Positions 1 through 8,048 of a stretch of 32,000 nucleotides of DNA are shown one piece after another. How positions within the stretch are numbered: position 1 is the first letter of the stretch; each line of letters starts with the position of its first letter. A program made the position numbers and the translations under genes. The notes beneath the pieces were generated by a model, which saw only the letters and a list, made by a program, of their open reading frames with translations, searched no databases and was not told the origin of the DNA. Origin of the DNA: Wolbachia endosymbiont of Drosophila innubila. Lineage in GTDB: Bacteria > Pseudomonadota > Alphaproteobacteria > Rickettsiales > Anaplasmataceae. The stretch covers positions 30,001 to 62,000 of the forward strand of contig NZ_CP076228.1 in NCBI RefSeq assembly GCF_021378375.1. Direction: 5' to 3'.

Positions 1-81
1 AAACGGATAATCAGTCACTCCAGACATTGGAGCTAAAATAACTGGAGAATCAATTGTCAAATTTCCTATTTGGAGGGGCAT
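1..81 (-). CDS. tRNA-dihydrouridine synthase, N-terminal 27 codons (the gene runs off the window edge)
   Basis: The minus-strand ATG at 81-79 translates to MPLQIGNLTIDSPVILAPMSGVTDYPF. The LAPM(A/S)G(V)TD.PF segment is the conserved Dus/NifR3 N-terminus. Confidence 0.6.
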   Translation of the reverse strand, partial: MPLQIGNLTIDSPVILAPMSGVTDYPF

Positions 82-106
82 AAGGTCAATGGTAATTTTT
101 CATTGA

Positions 107-1093
107 TTACATAATGCAACACAAACTTGCATTCTCCCTTGAAATAGAAGACTGAGATGTTTTCGTCCTTGGCGGACGCTTACGATTTCTTAGATCTTCC
201 TTACATTTCTCATCTTCCATAAGCGCTCTTGTAAATTCTTCTCTTTTCTCATTCAAATCAAATTTATATTCTGATAACTTTTTGTCAATTTCGTCAAATG
301 ATTTGTCTTCGTTAAGCATTTGTGTAATTTTATGAGCATTTTCTAACGCAAATATTCCACAGTTATACCCGTCACTTTGCTGCTTAGTTGGGGAAATTCT
401 TATGTCTAATACCCATTCCTCTTTTTGCAGTTCTCTTTTAACAATATTTAGCACATTATCTGGCAATTGATTACCAAATGAGTCACAGTAATAAGCTCTA
501 AATTTTTTATCACCTGCATCAGGTTTAATAACCAAAATTACCCAATGATTGTTGTTAATATGAAGAACCGAAGTAAATATCAATTTAGAATTTTGTTTTA
601 ATTCACCTCTATAATTCTGAAGAAATTCTTTTGTGAGTTCGTCCCAACCATTAGAATAGCTAGGAGCAAGAAAATAGACATTATTATTACTATGTTCACT
701 TTGTGAGTACCCATACACAACTCTTGCAATATGTGTAATGTCATCATCACATAACCAGTAAGCATAATTTCCTCTGTTTGTCTGATGCACAAGAGTGTCC
801 AAATTTTCATGAAACTCTTTACCACCCAAACCACTATCTTTTGAAGCAATAGAACTTCTGCGACTACTGTTCTCTGAAACAGTTGACCCATCTTCATTAT
901 CTGGTCCAGGAAAAATACCACTATCCTCATCTGGAGTTTTTTGCTCACCTTGACTTGCTCTTTTTCCATTAATATAACCCTTCGCTAAGTAAAATAAAGG
1001 TTCAACAACCATTTTGTATGCTACTGTAAGAATTGTTCCCATTAAAACCCAAATTACGGGGTTAGAGATGAGCATAGCAAGTGGAAAGGTCAA
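107..1093 (-). CDS. Ulp1-like (clan CE, C48-type) cysteine protease homolog with N-terminal transmembrane segment(s); candidate secreted or host-targeting effector
   Basis: The 328-aa ORF carries ordered catalytic-type motifs NNNHWVILVIKP, YYCDSFGN and QQSDGYNCGIFALENA (His, Asp, Gln, Cys). The N-terminus is hydrophobic (PLAMLISNPVIWVLMGTILTVAY) and is followed by a Ser/Asp-rich linker. The start is a TTG, and the frame remains open upstream (see findings). Confidence 0.7.
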   Translation of the reverse strand: MTFPLAMLISNPVIWVLMGTILTVAYKMVVEPLFYLAKGYINGKRASQGEQKTPDEDSGIFPGPDNEDGSTVSENSSRRSSIASKDSGLGGKEFHENLDTLVHQTNRGNYAYWLCDDDITHIARVVYGYSQSEHSNNNVYFLAPSYSNGWDELTKEFLQNYRGELKQNSKLIFTSVLHINNNHWVILVIKPDAGDKKFRAYYCDSFGNQLPDNVLNIVKRELQKEEWVLDIRISPTKQQSDGYNCGIFALENAHKITQMLNEDKSFDEIDKKLSEYKFDLNEKREEFTRALMEDEKCKEDLRNRKRPPRTKTSQSSISRENASLCCIM

Positions 1094-1374
1094 TAGAGGG
1101 GATCCTATTACCGCCCCTAAACAGCCAGCAGCGAATGTGGCTGCTAGGCATACACAAGTAGCGTAGATAACGAATTCCTAACCAGCAAAGTAAGTGCTCT
1201 CTTTCTGATTATTTTTTGTAATGCCCAACATACTACACCCTATGAACGCTAAGTTAATTAAATTTAAACAAATTCTAACAAAAAAATCAACCATAATAAT
1301 TTTAGTAGTATGAGAATATATTGAATATTAAGAGCTTTTGGAGTACAGTAACAATGTTAGTAATAGCACAATAT

Positions 1375-2652
1375 ATGCACGATATAGAATATATACGCAA
1401 AAACCCTGAAGGATTTGAAAAGGCAATGAAAAGCAGGGGAATTAGAGAATCTACTGCGGAAGAGATATTAGAAATCGATCACGAGAAAAGATCATTAACC
1501 ACTAAACTGCAGGATTTGAATAGGCAGCGCAATGAAATCACAGAGGAAATAAAAAAGCTTAAAATGAGCAAGAGCCCCTGTGAAGAGCAAATAGAGTTGT
1601 CAAAAAGCATCACAAATGAGATGGAGGCAATCAGCTTAAAAGAACAAGCAGAAAAGGATAAGTTAGTGAATGTTTTATCTAACTTGCCGAATATTCCTGC
1701 GCAAGATGTGCCAATAGGCGCAGATGAGAACTCTAATTTAGAGGTGAGAAGATATGGAGGAAAAAGACAGTTTGATTTTGTACCAGAATCTCATTATGAA
1801 CTCGGAGAAAAATTAGGTTTAATGGACTTCGAACAAGCGGCGAGAATTTCCGGATCAAGATTTACGATATTAAAAGGACAGTTAGCTAAGCTTGGACGAG
1901 CGCTAATAAATTGTATGCTTGAAATGCATGTTAATGAATTTGGCTATACTGAGGTGTACCACCCGGCTTTGGTGAAAAACGAAGCTATGTATAATGTTGG
2001 TCAGCTACCGAAATTTTCTGACGATTCGTATTTAACTATCGACGAATTGAGGTTGATTCCCACAAGTGAAGTGTTTTTAACAAATTTAGTTGCTGACAAA
2101 ATAATGGAAGAAAAAGAACTGCCTATTCGCTTTACTGCATATTCGGAGTGCTTTCGTAAAGAAGCAGGTAGTGCAGGTCGCGATACCAGGGGCATGATAA
2201 GGCAACACCAATTTGGTAAAGTGGAGTTGGTAAGCATCACAACTGAAGACCAATCAAATGATGAGCTTGAGCGTATGATGAGTGTTGCTGAAGAGATATT
2301 AAAAAAATTAGAATTGCCATACAGAGTAATGCTGCTTTGCAGTGGCGATATGGGTTTTGCTGCACAAAGGACTTATGACATAGAGGTATGGTTACCTGGG
2401 CAAAATAAATATAGAGAAATATCAAGCTGCTCAAATTGTGGTGCATTTCAAGCAAGAAGGATGAACGCTAAATACTCTTCAGAAACTGATAAAAAGATGA
2501 AAAAATATATTCACACTTTAAACGGCTCAGCTTTAGCTATAGGAAGAACGATTATTGCCATAATGGAGAATTATCAAAATTCTGACGGGTCGATTGCAAT
2601 ACCAAACGTGTTGCAAAAATACATGAGTAATGATACTGTTATAAGCAAATAA
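1375..2652 (+). CDS. serS: seryl-tRNA synthetase
   Basis: The sequence [22 protein letters not shown] matches the usual SerRS N-terminus. Class II motifs are present ([47 protein letters not shown]). The track ORF begins at TTG 1321, but ATG 1375 fits the family N-terminus better. Confidence 0.95.
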   Translation: MHDIEYIRKNPEGFEKAMKSRGIRESTAEEILEIDHEKRSLTTKLQDLNRQRNEITEEIKKLKMSKSPCEEQIELSKSITNEMEAISLKEQAEKDKLVNVLSNLPNIPAQDVPIGADENSNLEVRRYGGKRQFDFVPESHYELGEKLGLMDFEQAARISGSRFTILKGQLAKLGRALINCMLEMHVNEFGYTEVYHPALVKNEAMYNVGQLPKFSDDSYLTIDELRLIPTSEVFLTNLVADKIMEEKELPIRFTAYSECFRKEAGSAGRDTRGMIRQHQFGKVELVSITTEDQSNDELERMMSVAEEILKKLELPYRVMLLCSGDMGFAAQRTYDIEVWLPGQNKYREISSCSNCGAFQARRMNAKYSSETDKKMKKYIHTLNGSALAIGRTIIAIMENYQNSDGSIAIPNVLQKYMSNDTVISK

Positions 2653-2686
2653 TAATTTTGACATATAGAAAAGCGAGGAAATAAAG

Positions 2687-3958
2687 ATGAAGGTTCTGGT
2701 TATAGGTTCTGGTGGGCGTGAGCACGCTCTACTTTGGGCTCTAAAAAAATCTCCTATCTTGACTGAGTTATATGTAACTCCTGGTCGCCAAGCTATGAAA
2801 GATCTTGGGGCTCTTGTGGATGTAAATATTCAAAATTCAGTGGATGTTACACAATTTTGCAAGAGAGAAAATATAGAGTTGGTTGTTATTGGTCCAGAAC
2901 AACCAATAATTGATGGGCTTGCTGATGATTTAGTTGCAGAGGGAATAAATGTTTTTGCTCCAAGTCAAGCAACTGCAAAACTTGAGGGATCGAAGTCTTT
3001 CACCAAGGGACTATGTAAGCGATATGGTATACCAACTGCCAAGTACGAGTGTTTTGTTGATGAAGGGTTAGCTAAAGATTTTGTACGTAGCAATAAAATA
3101 AAGTTTCCACTTGTAGTGAAAGCAAATGGAATTGCAGCAGGAAAAGGGGTGGTTATATGTAATACAGAAAGCGAAGCTTTTTCAGCAATAAATTCAATGC
3201 TAGTGGAGAAAAAATTTGGTGAATCAGGTGAAGAAATAATCATAGAAGAGTTTTTAGTTGGAGAAGAAGTAAGTTTTTTTGCTCTTATTGATGGGTTGAA
3301 AGTAGTAACTCTTGGGTGTGCAAAAGATTATAAGAGAGTTGATGAAAGTAATGAAAGCCAAAATACTGGAGGTATGGGGTCGTACTCATCACCTTCAATT
3401 ATAAGTAAGGACATGGAGCAAAAAATTATCCAAAAAATAATATACCCTACAGCTCAAGCATTGGTTAACATGGGTACGTCTTATAAAGGAGTACTCTTTG
3501 CTGGTTTAATGATTTGCAAAGATAGCCCAAAACTTCTCGAGTATAACGTTAGATTCGGTGATCCAGAAACGCAATCTATATTACCTAGATTTGATTCAAA
3601 TTGCGATTTGTTAAAATTGATGTTGTCAGTTGCAGAAGGAAAGTTAAATGTCAAAATGGTGGAACTTAACAACAAATCTACAGTTTGTGTAGTTGTTGCA
3701 AGTAAAGGCTATCCGGGTGATTATCAAAAGGGAGAAGTAATTAAAGGATTAGATAAGATTGAAAGCATTCCTGGTGTGTTGGTGTTTCATGCTGGTACTA
3801 AATTCGATGAAAGTGGTAACTTAGTTTCCGGTGGCGGAAGAGTGCTAAATATAGTAGCAGAAGGGAGCACTATAGAGGAAGCCAAAAGTAAGGTGTACTC
3901 AGCATTAAATTTTTTAGAATGGCCAGGGGGCTTCTTCAGATACGATATCGGTAGTTAA
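2687..3958 (+). CDS. purD: phosphoribosylamine--glycine ligase (GAR synthetase)
   Basis: MKVLVIGSGGREHALLWAL is the hallmark PurD N-terminus. An ATP-grasp core is present (VVKANGIAAGKGVVIC, EYNVRFGDPETQ). A GAGGAA Shine-Dalgarno lies upstream of the ATG. Confidence 0.95.
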   Translation: MKVLVIGSGGREHALLWALKKSPILTELYVTPGRQAMKDLGALVDVNIQNSVDVTQFCKRENIELVVIGPEQPIIDGLADDLVAEGINVFAPSQATAKLEGSKSFTKGLCKRYGIPTAKYECFVDEGLAKDFVRSNKIKFPLVVKANGIAAGKGVVICNTESEAFSAINSMLVEKKFGESGEEIIIEEFLVGEEVSFFALIDGLKVVTLGCAKDYKRVDESNESQNTGGMGSYSSPSIISKDMEQKIIQKIIYPTAQALVNMGTSYKGVLFAGLMICKDSPKLLEYNVRFGDPETQSILPRFDSNCDLLKLMLSVAEGKLNVKMVELNNKSTVCVVVASKGYPGDYQKGEVIKGLDKIESIPGVLVFHAGTKFDESGNLVSGGGRVLNIVAEGSTIEEAKSKVYSALNFLEWPGGFFRYDIGS

Positions 3959-3987
3959 TGTTAGCTGTCGGTTAGCAGGTGGTTCAC

Positions 3988-4316
3988 AGAAACGAAAAAC
4001 TTCCTTGACAAACTCCGCCAGCCCCCTTATCATGAAACTGAAGCTATTGTATTTGCTTTCGCCAATCTGCAGATTAAAAGGTAAGGATTACTTAATGTAT
4101 CGGCGTCTTATGTTCAATTTTTTGCAGTATATAGATACTGTATGTCTTTACAAAACTTCATCTACATCTAGATTTTTATCTAAATAAGCTGAACGCGCTT
4201 ATAAAGCGTTACAAGACATCAAAAAATGCCAATACTCGACAGAGATAGTAAAAGACTAGCTAACTCGGGGGTTCTTTGTCTTTTCTTCTGCTTAGTAAAT
4301 TTCTTAAACATTTGCA
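3988..4316 (+). repeat. Promoter-bearing about 300-bp repeat element, copy 1. It has an inverted homolog at 22564-22855.
   Basis: Blocks are shared with the reverse complement of 22564-22855: agaaacgaaaaa-ctt(c/g)cttgaca, gccagcccccttatcatgaaactgaag, ctgcagattaaa, ggcgtcttat, aattttttgca, tatgtctt, aagctgaa(a)cgcgct, aaaaaa(t/c)gccaa, actagcta, ttctg(c/t)ttagtaaatt. Confidence 0.65.
4005..4033 (+). promoter_or_regulatory. Near-consensus sigma70-type promoter inside repeat copy 1 (TTGACA, 17-nt spacer, TATCAT)
   Basis: ttgaca lies at 4005-4010, the spacer at 4011-4027 (17 nt) and tatcat at 4028-4033. The identical arrangement is conserved in the inverted copy at 22809-22837. Confidence 0.45.
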
Positions 4317-4462
4317 GCGTAAGTTAGTTGCAATTAAAAGCGGCTGAATCTCGCTTGTCAAGCGTTTAAAACATAAAAAACGCCAATATTTTAAAGCGGA
4401 TAATAACCCCAGGGCTTCTTTTGCCTTTTTTTTGTTTGGTAAATTTCTTAAATATTTATGGC
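4317..4462 (+). repeat. Partial tandem duplicate of the 3' tail of the promoter-bearing repeat
   Basis: Segment 4380-4462 (cgccaatattttaaagcgg...ccccagggcttcttttgccttttttttgtttggtaaatttcttaaatattt) parallels 4225-4316 (tgccaatactcgac...ctcgggggttctttgtcttttcttctgcttagtaaatttcttaaacattt). Confidence 0.5.
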
Positions 4463-4469
4463 TAAACGA

Positions 4470-4556
4470 CAATCGTCATCCCGCAGCGGGATCTAGAGAT
4501 ACCGCGGCGGTATGACGTAGGGAAACCTTTCTTGGGTTAGCTATAAAACTAATCAG
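4470..4556. repeat. Hairpin palindromic repeat (RPE/WPE-like), cgtcatcccgc type
   Basis: The sequence caatcgtcatcccgcagcgggatctagagataccgcggcggtatgacgtagggaaacctttcttgggttagctataa is almost identical to 25676-25768 and related to 8281-8388 and 25281-25425. It contains the stems atcccgc/gcgggat and ataccgc/gcggtat. Confidence 0.75.
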
Positions 4557-4585
4557 CATCTTGTTTAGCACATATAAATTAAGTT

Positions 4586-5915
4586 TCACAAATATAGTGC
4601 TAAACCTTGAAAATATGTTATAGCTACTTCTTCCAATTTAGTGGTGGGTTTTGACAGTACACATGTTATTTTACTAGCTACCAACTCAAGTGTCACAGAA
4701 GTTGCAATCACTGCATTTATATTCTGTACTTTAACATTTACTCTACTTTCTATTAGAGGCTTTACCCCCCTTACATCATTACGTACAGCAGTATGATTTA
4801 TTTCATTTTCAATTCCACTACTATGCTGCAACAAGATATCCCCATTAACTTTTATTTCAACATTTTTGTCACTGCTACCATTGTTAAAATTTAATCCCTC
4901 ATCTCTTCTACTTTGTCTTTTTTCTTTTAATTTTAATTCAGTTTCTCTTTTATCAAGGGTAGGAAATGGGATGTGAGTTTTTTCCTGACCATCTTGATTA
5001 TAGCTCTTGTTGTATTAAAAGCTTCGTTGCTTTTACATGATATTGTATAAGTAAGTGGTGTGTAGATTTTTTCTTCACTATCTGGATATTTTATAGTTAT
5101 TGTTGCATTAAGAATGTCTTTCAGAATATCATTTTCTCTAGCTATGTCTAAAATTTTTTGAATAACTTTGCGATCATGTAATGCGGCAAGTAACTTATCA
5201 GTTACTTTTTGATTATTTTTATGGTTATTGTTGTGTTAAGAATGTCTTTCAGAATACCGTTTTCTTTAGCTACTCTTAACATTTTCTCAACAGCTATACT
5301 ATCTTTACGTAGTATAGCATAAGCAAGTGGTGTGCAAGTTTCTTCCTGACCATCTGGGTATTTTATAGTTGTTGTTGCGTCAAGAATGTCTTTCAGAATA
5401 CCGTTTTCTTTAGCTACTCTTAACATTTTCTCAACAGCCATACTATCTTTACGTAGTATAGCATAAGCAAGTGGTGTAACAGTTACTCTCCGACCATCTA
5501 GACATTTTATAGTTATTGTTGCGTTAAGAATATCTTTCAGAATACTGTTCTCCTTAGAGACTTTTAAAATTTCTTCAATAGCTATACTATCTTCATATAG
5601 TATAGCATAAGCAAGTGGTGTAACAGTTGCTCTCCGACCATCTGGATATTTTATAGTTGTTGTTGCGTTAAGAATATCTTTCAGAATACCGTTTTCTTTA
5701 GAGACTTTTAAAGTTTCTTCAATAGTTTTGCTATTTTTACATAATATGGCATAAGTAAGTGGTGTGCAAGTTTCTTCCTGACCACCTGGATATTTTATAA
5801 TTGTTGTTGCGTCAAGAATGTCTTTCAGAATACCGTTTTCTTTAGCTACTCTTAACATTTTCTCAACAGCTATACTATCTTTACGTAGTATAGCATAAGC
5901 AAGTGATATAATAGT
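4586..5915 (-). pseudogene. Body and C-terminus of a tandem 48-aa repeat (ankyrin-like TPLAYAIL motif) protein gene, disrupted
   Basis: About 5 near-identical 144-bp units occupy 5202-5915. The unit reads TPLAYAILRKDSIAVEKMLRVAKENGILKDILDATTTIKYPDGQEETC. A more divergent unit continues in another frame below 5202 (DKLLAALHDRKVIQKILDIARENDILKDILNATITIKYPDSEEKIYTPLTYTI). A third frame carries the unique tail ending at 4586. This gives at least 2 frameshifts plus the intron insertion at 5915/5916. Confidence 0.65.
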
Positions 5916-6408
5916 GTGCGCCAAGAAGTGCGTAAGGAACAGTTGGTGAAAATCCAACACGGGTAAAGCTTAGCCGGCAACCTGGAACAAACCATTATGC
6001 TGCGTAAGGTAACGAGCGTAGTAAAGCTAATGGAATGGACAACATAGGGTGCAACGAAAGTGAAGGTATTGAGTCCCGTAATTCACGCGTCATGGGGGCT
6101 GACACTTTACATTTGGTGGAAGGCAACATGGGTAATAACGCTAAGGCAAGATATTACTCACCTCATCGGGATCGAAGGCCGCGTCATGTGTTGAGATGGA
6201 CCTTACGTGAACTTGGGAGATCCTTTGTATTCCTGTAAGGGTACTCTGGAACAAGTCAATAAAGGCGAGGACTGGAGGAAGATGCAAAGGAAGTCGGACT
6301 AATTGATAGTACTCGGAGTGTGGGAAAGCCACATACAAGGGGAAGCGGTTAGCAATATAGTGACTGGTATAGGGATTGCTATACCAATACAACAGAGATT
6401 AGAGGAGT

Positions 6409-7722
6409 ATGCAAGGAAAACTAAACCAGATAGCAGTAAGGGCTAAGCAAGATAAGCGAGTAAAATTTACATCATTAGTTCATTTGATTAATGAAGAGAA
6501 TCTTGCAGAGTGTTATAAGGAACTAAAACGCAACAAGGCTTGTAGTATAGATCGTGTGACAGTGGAAGCTTATGGAGAAAATCTAGAAGAGAAACTTAAA
6601 ACACTAGTGGATAGTATGAAGAGAAAACAATATCAACCGCTACCAGTGAAAAGGGTATACATACCCAAAGCCGGGAGCAAAGAGAAGCGCGGTCTCGGAA
6701 TACCATCAACGGAAGATAAGTTGGTACAGGTAATGCTAAAGAAGATATTAGAAAATATTTATGAAGCAAACTTTATGGACAGCTCGTATGGATTTCGACC
6801 AGGAAGAAATTGTCATCAGGCGATAAACGCTCTAGATAAAGCAGTTATGCACAAACCAATTAACTATATTGTAGAAGTGGATATCAAGAAGTTCTTTGAT
6901 AATGTTCAACATAAATGGCTAATGAATTGTCTAAGGGAACGAATAGCTGACCCAAATTTATTGTGGTTAATAAAACGATTTCTAAAGGCAGGAATAGTCG
7001 AAGTTGGATGTTATAAAGCAACCGATCAAGGCACACCACAAGGTGGTATAGTAAGCCCTGTATTAGCTAATATATACTTACACTATGTGCTGGACTTATG
7101 GTTTGAAAAGAAATTTAAGCCAAAAGCCAGAGGATATTTACAGCTAATAAGGTTTTGCGACGATTTTGTAGTTGGCTGCGAGAGGGAAGAAGACGCAAAA
7201 GAATTTCTAGAATTACTGAAACAAAGACTAAGTAAATTTGGGTTGGAAATAGCTGAAAATAAAACAAAAATAGTAAAGTTTGGTAAGAAAGAATGGTATC
7301 AAGCAGAAAGAGAGAAACGTAGGACGGCTAGCTTCAACTTTCTAGGATTTACACATTATTGTGGAAAAAGTCGTAATGGTAAACTTATGATGAAGCAGAA
7401 AACTTCAAAAATAAGCCTAGCCAGAAAGATTAAAGAAATCAAAGAATGGTTGAAGATGGTACGAAGTCGTATCTGTTTCAAAGATTGGTGGCAGAAACTT
7501 AAAGCCAAACTAACAGGACACTATAGCTACTTCGGAGTTAGCGGAAATTATCGGTGTTTGATTCAATTCTATCGACCGGTAACAAAGTTAGCATTTAAGT
7601 GGATAAACCGACGTAGTCAAAAGAAAAGTATGGATTGGGAACAATTTATACACTATTTAAAAGTAAATCCATTACCAAAACCAAAGGTATATGTTTCTTT
7701 ATACACAGGAGCACTAGTGTGA
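6409..7722 (+). CDS. Group II intron-encoded reverse transcriptase/maturase (no HNH endonuclease domain), apparently intact
   Basis: The 437-aa ORF carries RT blocks (RVYIPKAGSKEKRGLGIPSTEDKLVQ, YGFRPGRNCHQAI, VDIKKFFDNV, GTPQGGIVSPVLANIYLH, and RFCDDFVV as a YADD-type motif). A maturase X-like tail follows (LTGHYSYFGVSGNY). An AGGAG lies upstream of the ATG. Confidence 0.9.
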   Translation: MQGKLNQIAVRAKQDKRVKFTSLVHLINEENLAECYKELKRNKACSIDRVTVEAYGENLEEKLKTLVDSMKRKQYQPLPVKRVYIPKAGSKEKRGLGIPSTEDKLVQVMLKKILENIYEANFMDSSYGFRPGRNCHQAINALDKAVMHKPINYIVEVDIKKFFDNVQHKWLMNCLRERIADPNLLWLIKRFLKAGIVEVGCYKATDQGTPQGGIVSPVLANIYLHYVLDLWFEKKFKPKARGYLQLIRFCDDFVVGCEREEDAKEFLELLKQRLSKFGLEIAENKTKIVKFGKKEWYQAEREKRRTASFNFLGFTHYCGKSRNGKLMMKQKTSKISLARKIKEIKEWLKMVRSRICFKDWWQKLKAKLTGHYSYFGVSGNYRCLIQFYRPVTKLAFKWINRRSQKKSMDWEQFIHYLKVNPLPKPKVYVSLYTGALV

Positions 7723-7735
7723 ACGCTGTATTGTG

Positions 7736-7768
7736 GAGCCGTGTGCGGGAAATCCGCAAGCACGGTTC
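7736..7768 (+). ncRNA. Group II intron domain V (catalytic hairpin) of intron copy 1
   Basis: The sequence gagccgtgtgcgggaaatccgcaagcacggttc forms a lower stem GAGCCGUG/CACGGUUC, a 2-nt bulge and an upper stem capped by GAAA. This matches the domain V consensus architecture. Confidence 0.75.
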
Positions 7769-7832
7769 TTTTGGGGAGACTATGGTTATGAGACCAAATC
7801 GCTGGTTTCAAGGTCATGAGTCTCTACCAGAC

Positions 7833-8048
7833 TGATTCTTTACCCCGATGTTTACTTACTTCCGTAGTAAGAATCCTTTGTTTTTCCTTTTCAGATATTT
7901 TTTCTAGTTCTTCAGCAATGCTACTTTTTTTGCCTTCTATTTTTGATGCTAATTTTAAAATACTTTTTTCATCTTTCTCTTTCAATTTCGAATCGTTTAC
8001 CTGATGAGTCATTTTTTTTCTCAAGGTCTTTCTTATTAAACTAAGCAT
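7833..8048 (-). pseudogene. N-terminal exon-like fragment of the 48-aa repeat protein gene, separated from its body by intron copy 1
   Basis: The ORF reads MLSLIRKTLRKKMTHQVNDSKLKEKDEKSILKLASKIEGKKSSIAEELEKISEKEKQRILTTEVSKHRGKES and ends exactly at the intron 3' boundary. It joins in frame to TIISLAYAILRKDS at 5915. Confidence 0.6.

Larger units (their letters stand above)
5916..7832 (+). mobile_element. Complete bacterial group II intron (ribozyme plus En-minus IEP), copy 1
   Basis: The 5' end is GTGCG at 5916-5920. Domain V lies at 7736-7768. Domain VI has a bulged A at 7826, seven nt before a 3' end reading ...CCAGAC. The RT/maturase ORF sits in domain IV. Removing 5916-7832 rejoins the flanking minus-strand ORFs in frame and in repeat register. 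Confidence 0.85.

Noticed and set aside
598-969. Antisense or alternate-frame ORFs inside well-supported genes (for example 598-969, 2001-2240, 2965-3243, 8809-9240, 10027-10464, 11367-12158, 12933-13666, 14583-15013, 23496-24218, 24243-24500, 26287-26883, 28806-29009, 29679-29942)
   Set aside because: Each lies entirely within a longer ORF that has clear family motifs on the other strand or frame. Their translations are low-complexity with no recognisable motifs. They are shadow ORFs typical of AT-rich DNA.
107-1093. Calling the Ulp1-like gene a cidB/cifB cytoplasmic-incompatibility factor
   Set aside because: It is far shorter than CidB-type proteins, has a membrane anchor instead of the long N-terminal regions, and no cidA/cifA-like partner gene lies upstream. 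Only the protease fold is shared.
4005-4472. Small ORFs in the promoter-bearing repeat (4005-4187, 4260-4472, and 22644-22841 in copy 2)
   Set aside because: The ORFs start inside the -35/-10 region. The two copies share nucleotide blocks but no protein similarity. The conservation pattern fits DNA or RNA function, not coding.
6035-6392. ORFs 6035-6238 (+) and 6141-6392 (-) upstream of the RT gene
   Set aside because: They fall in the GC-rich ribozyme domains I-III of the group II intron and have no coding signal or motifs.
6409-7722. Reverse transcriptase as part of a retron, DGR or defence-associated RT system
   Set aside because: The RT is flanked by the group II ribozyme hallmarks (5' GUGCG, domains V and VI, 3' AC) and has a maturase X tail. 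There is no msr/msd-like repeat pair, no template/variable repeat pair and no adjacent effector gene.
7635-8004. ORFs 7635-7835 (+) and 7816-8004 (+)
   Set aside because: The first spans the intron IEP tail and domains V-VI. The second is antisense to the N-terminal fragment of the repeat-protein gene. Neither has motifs.
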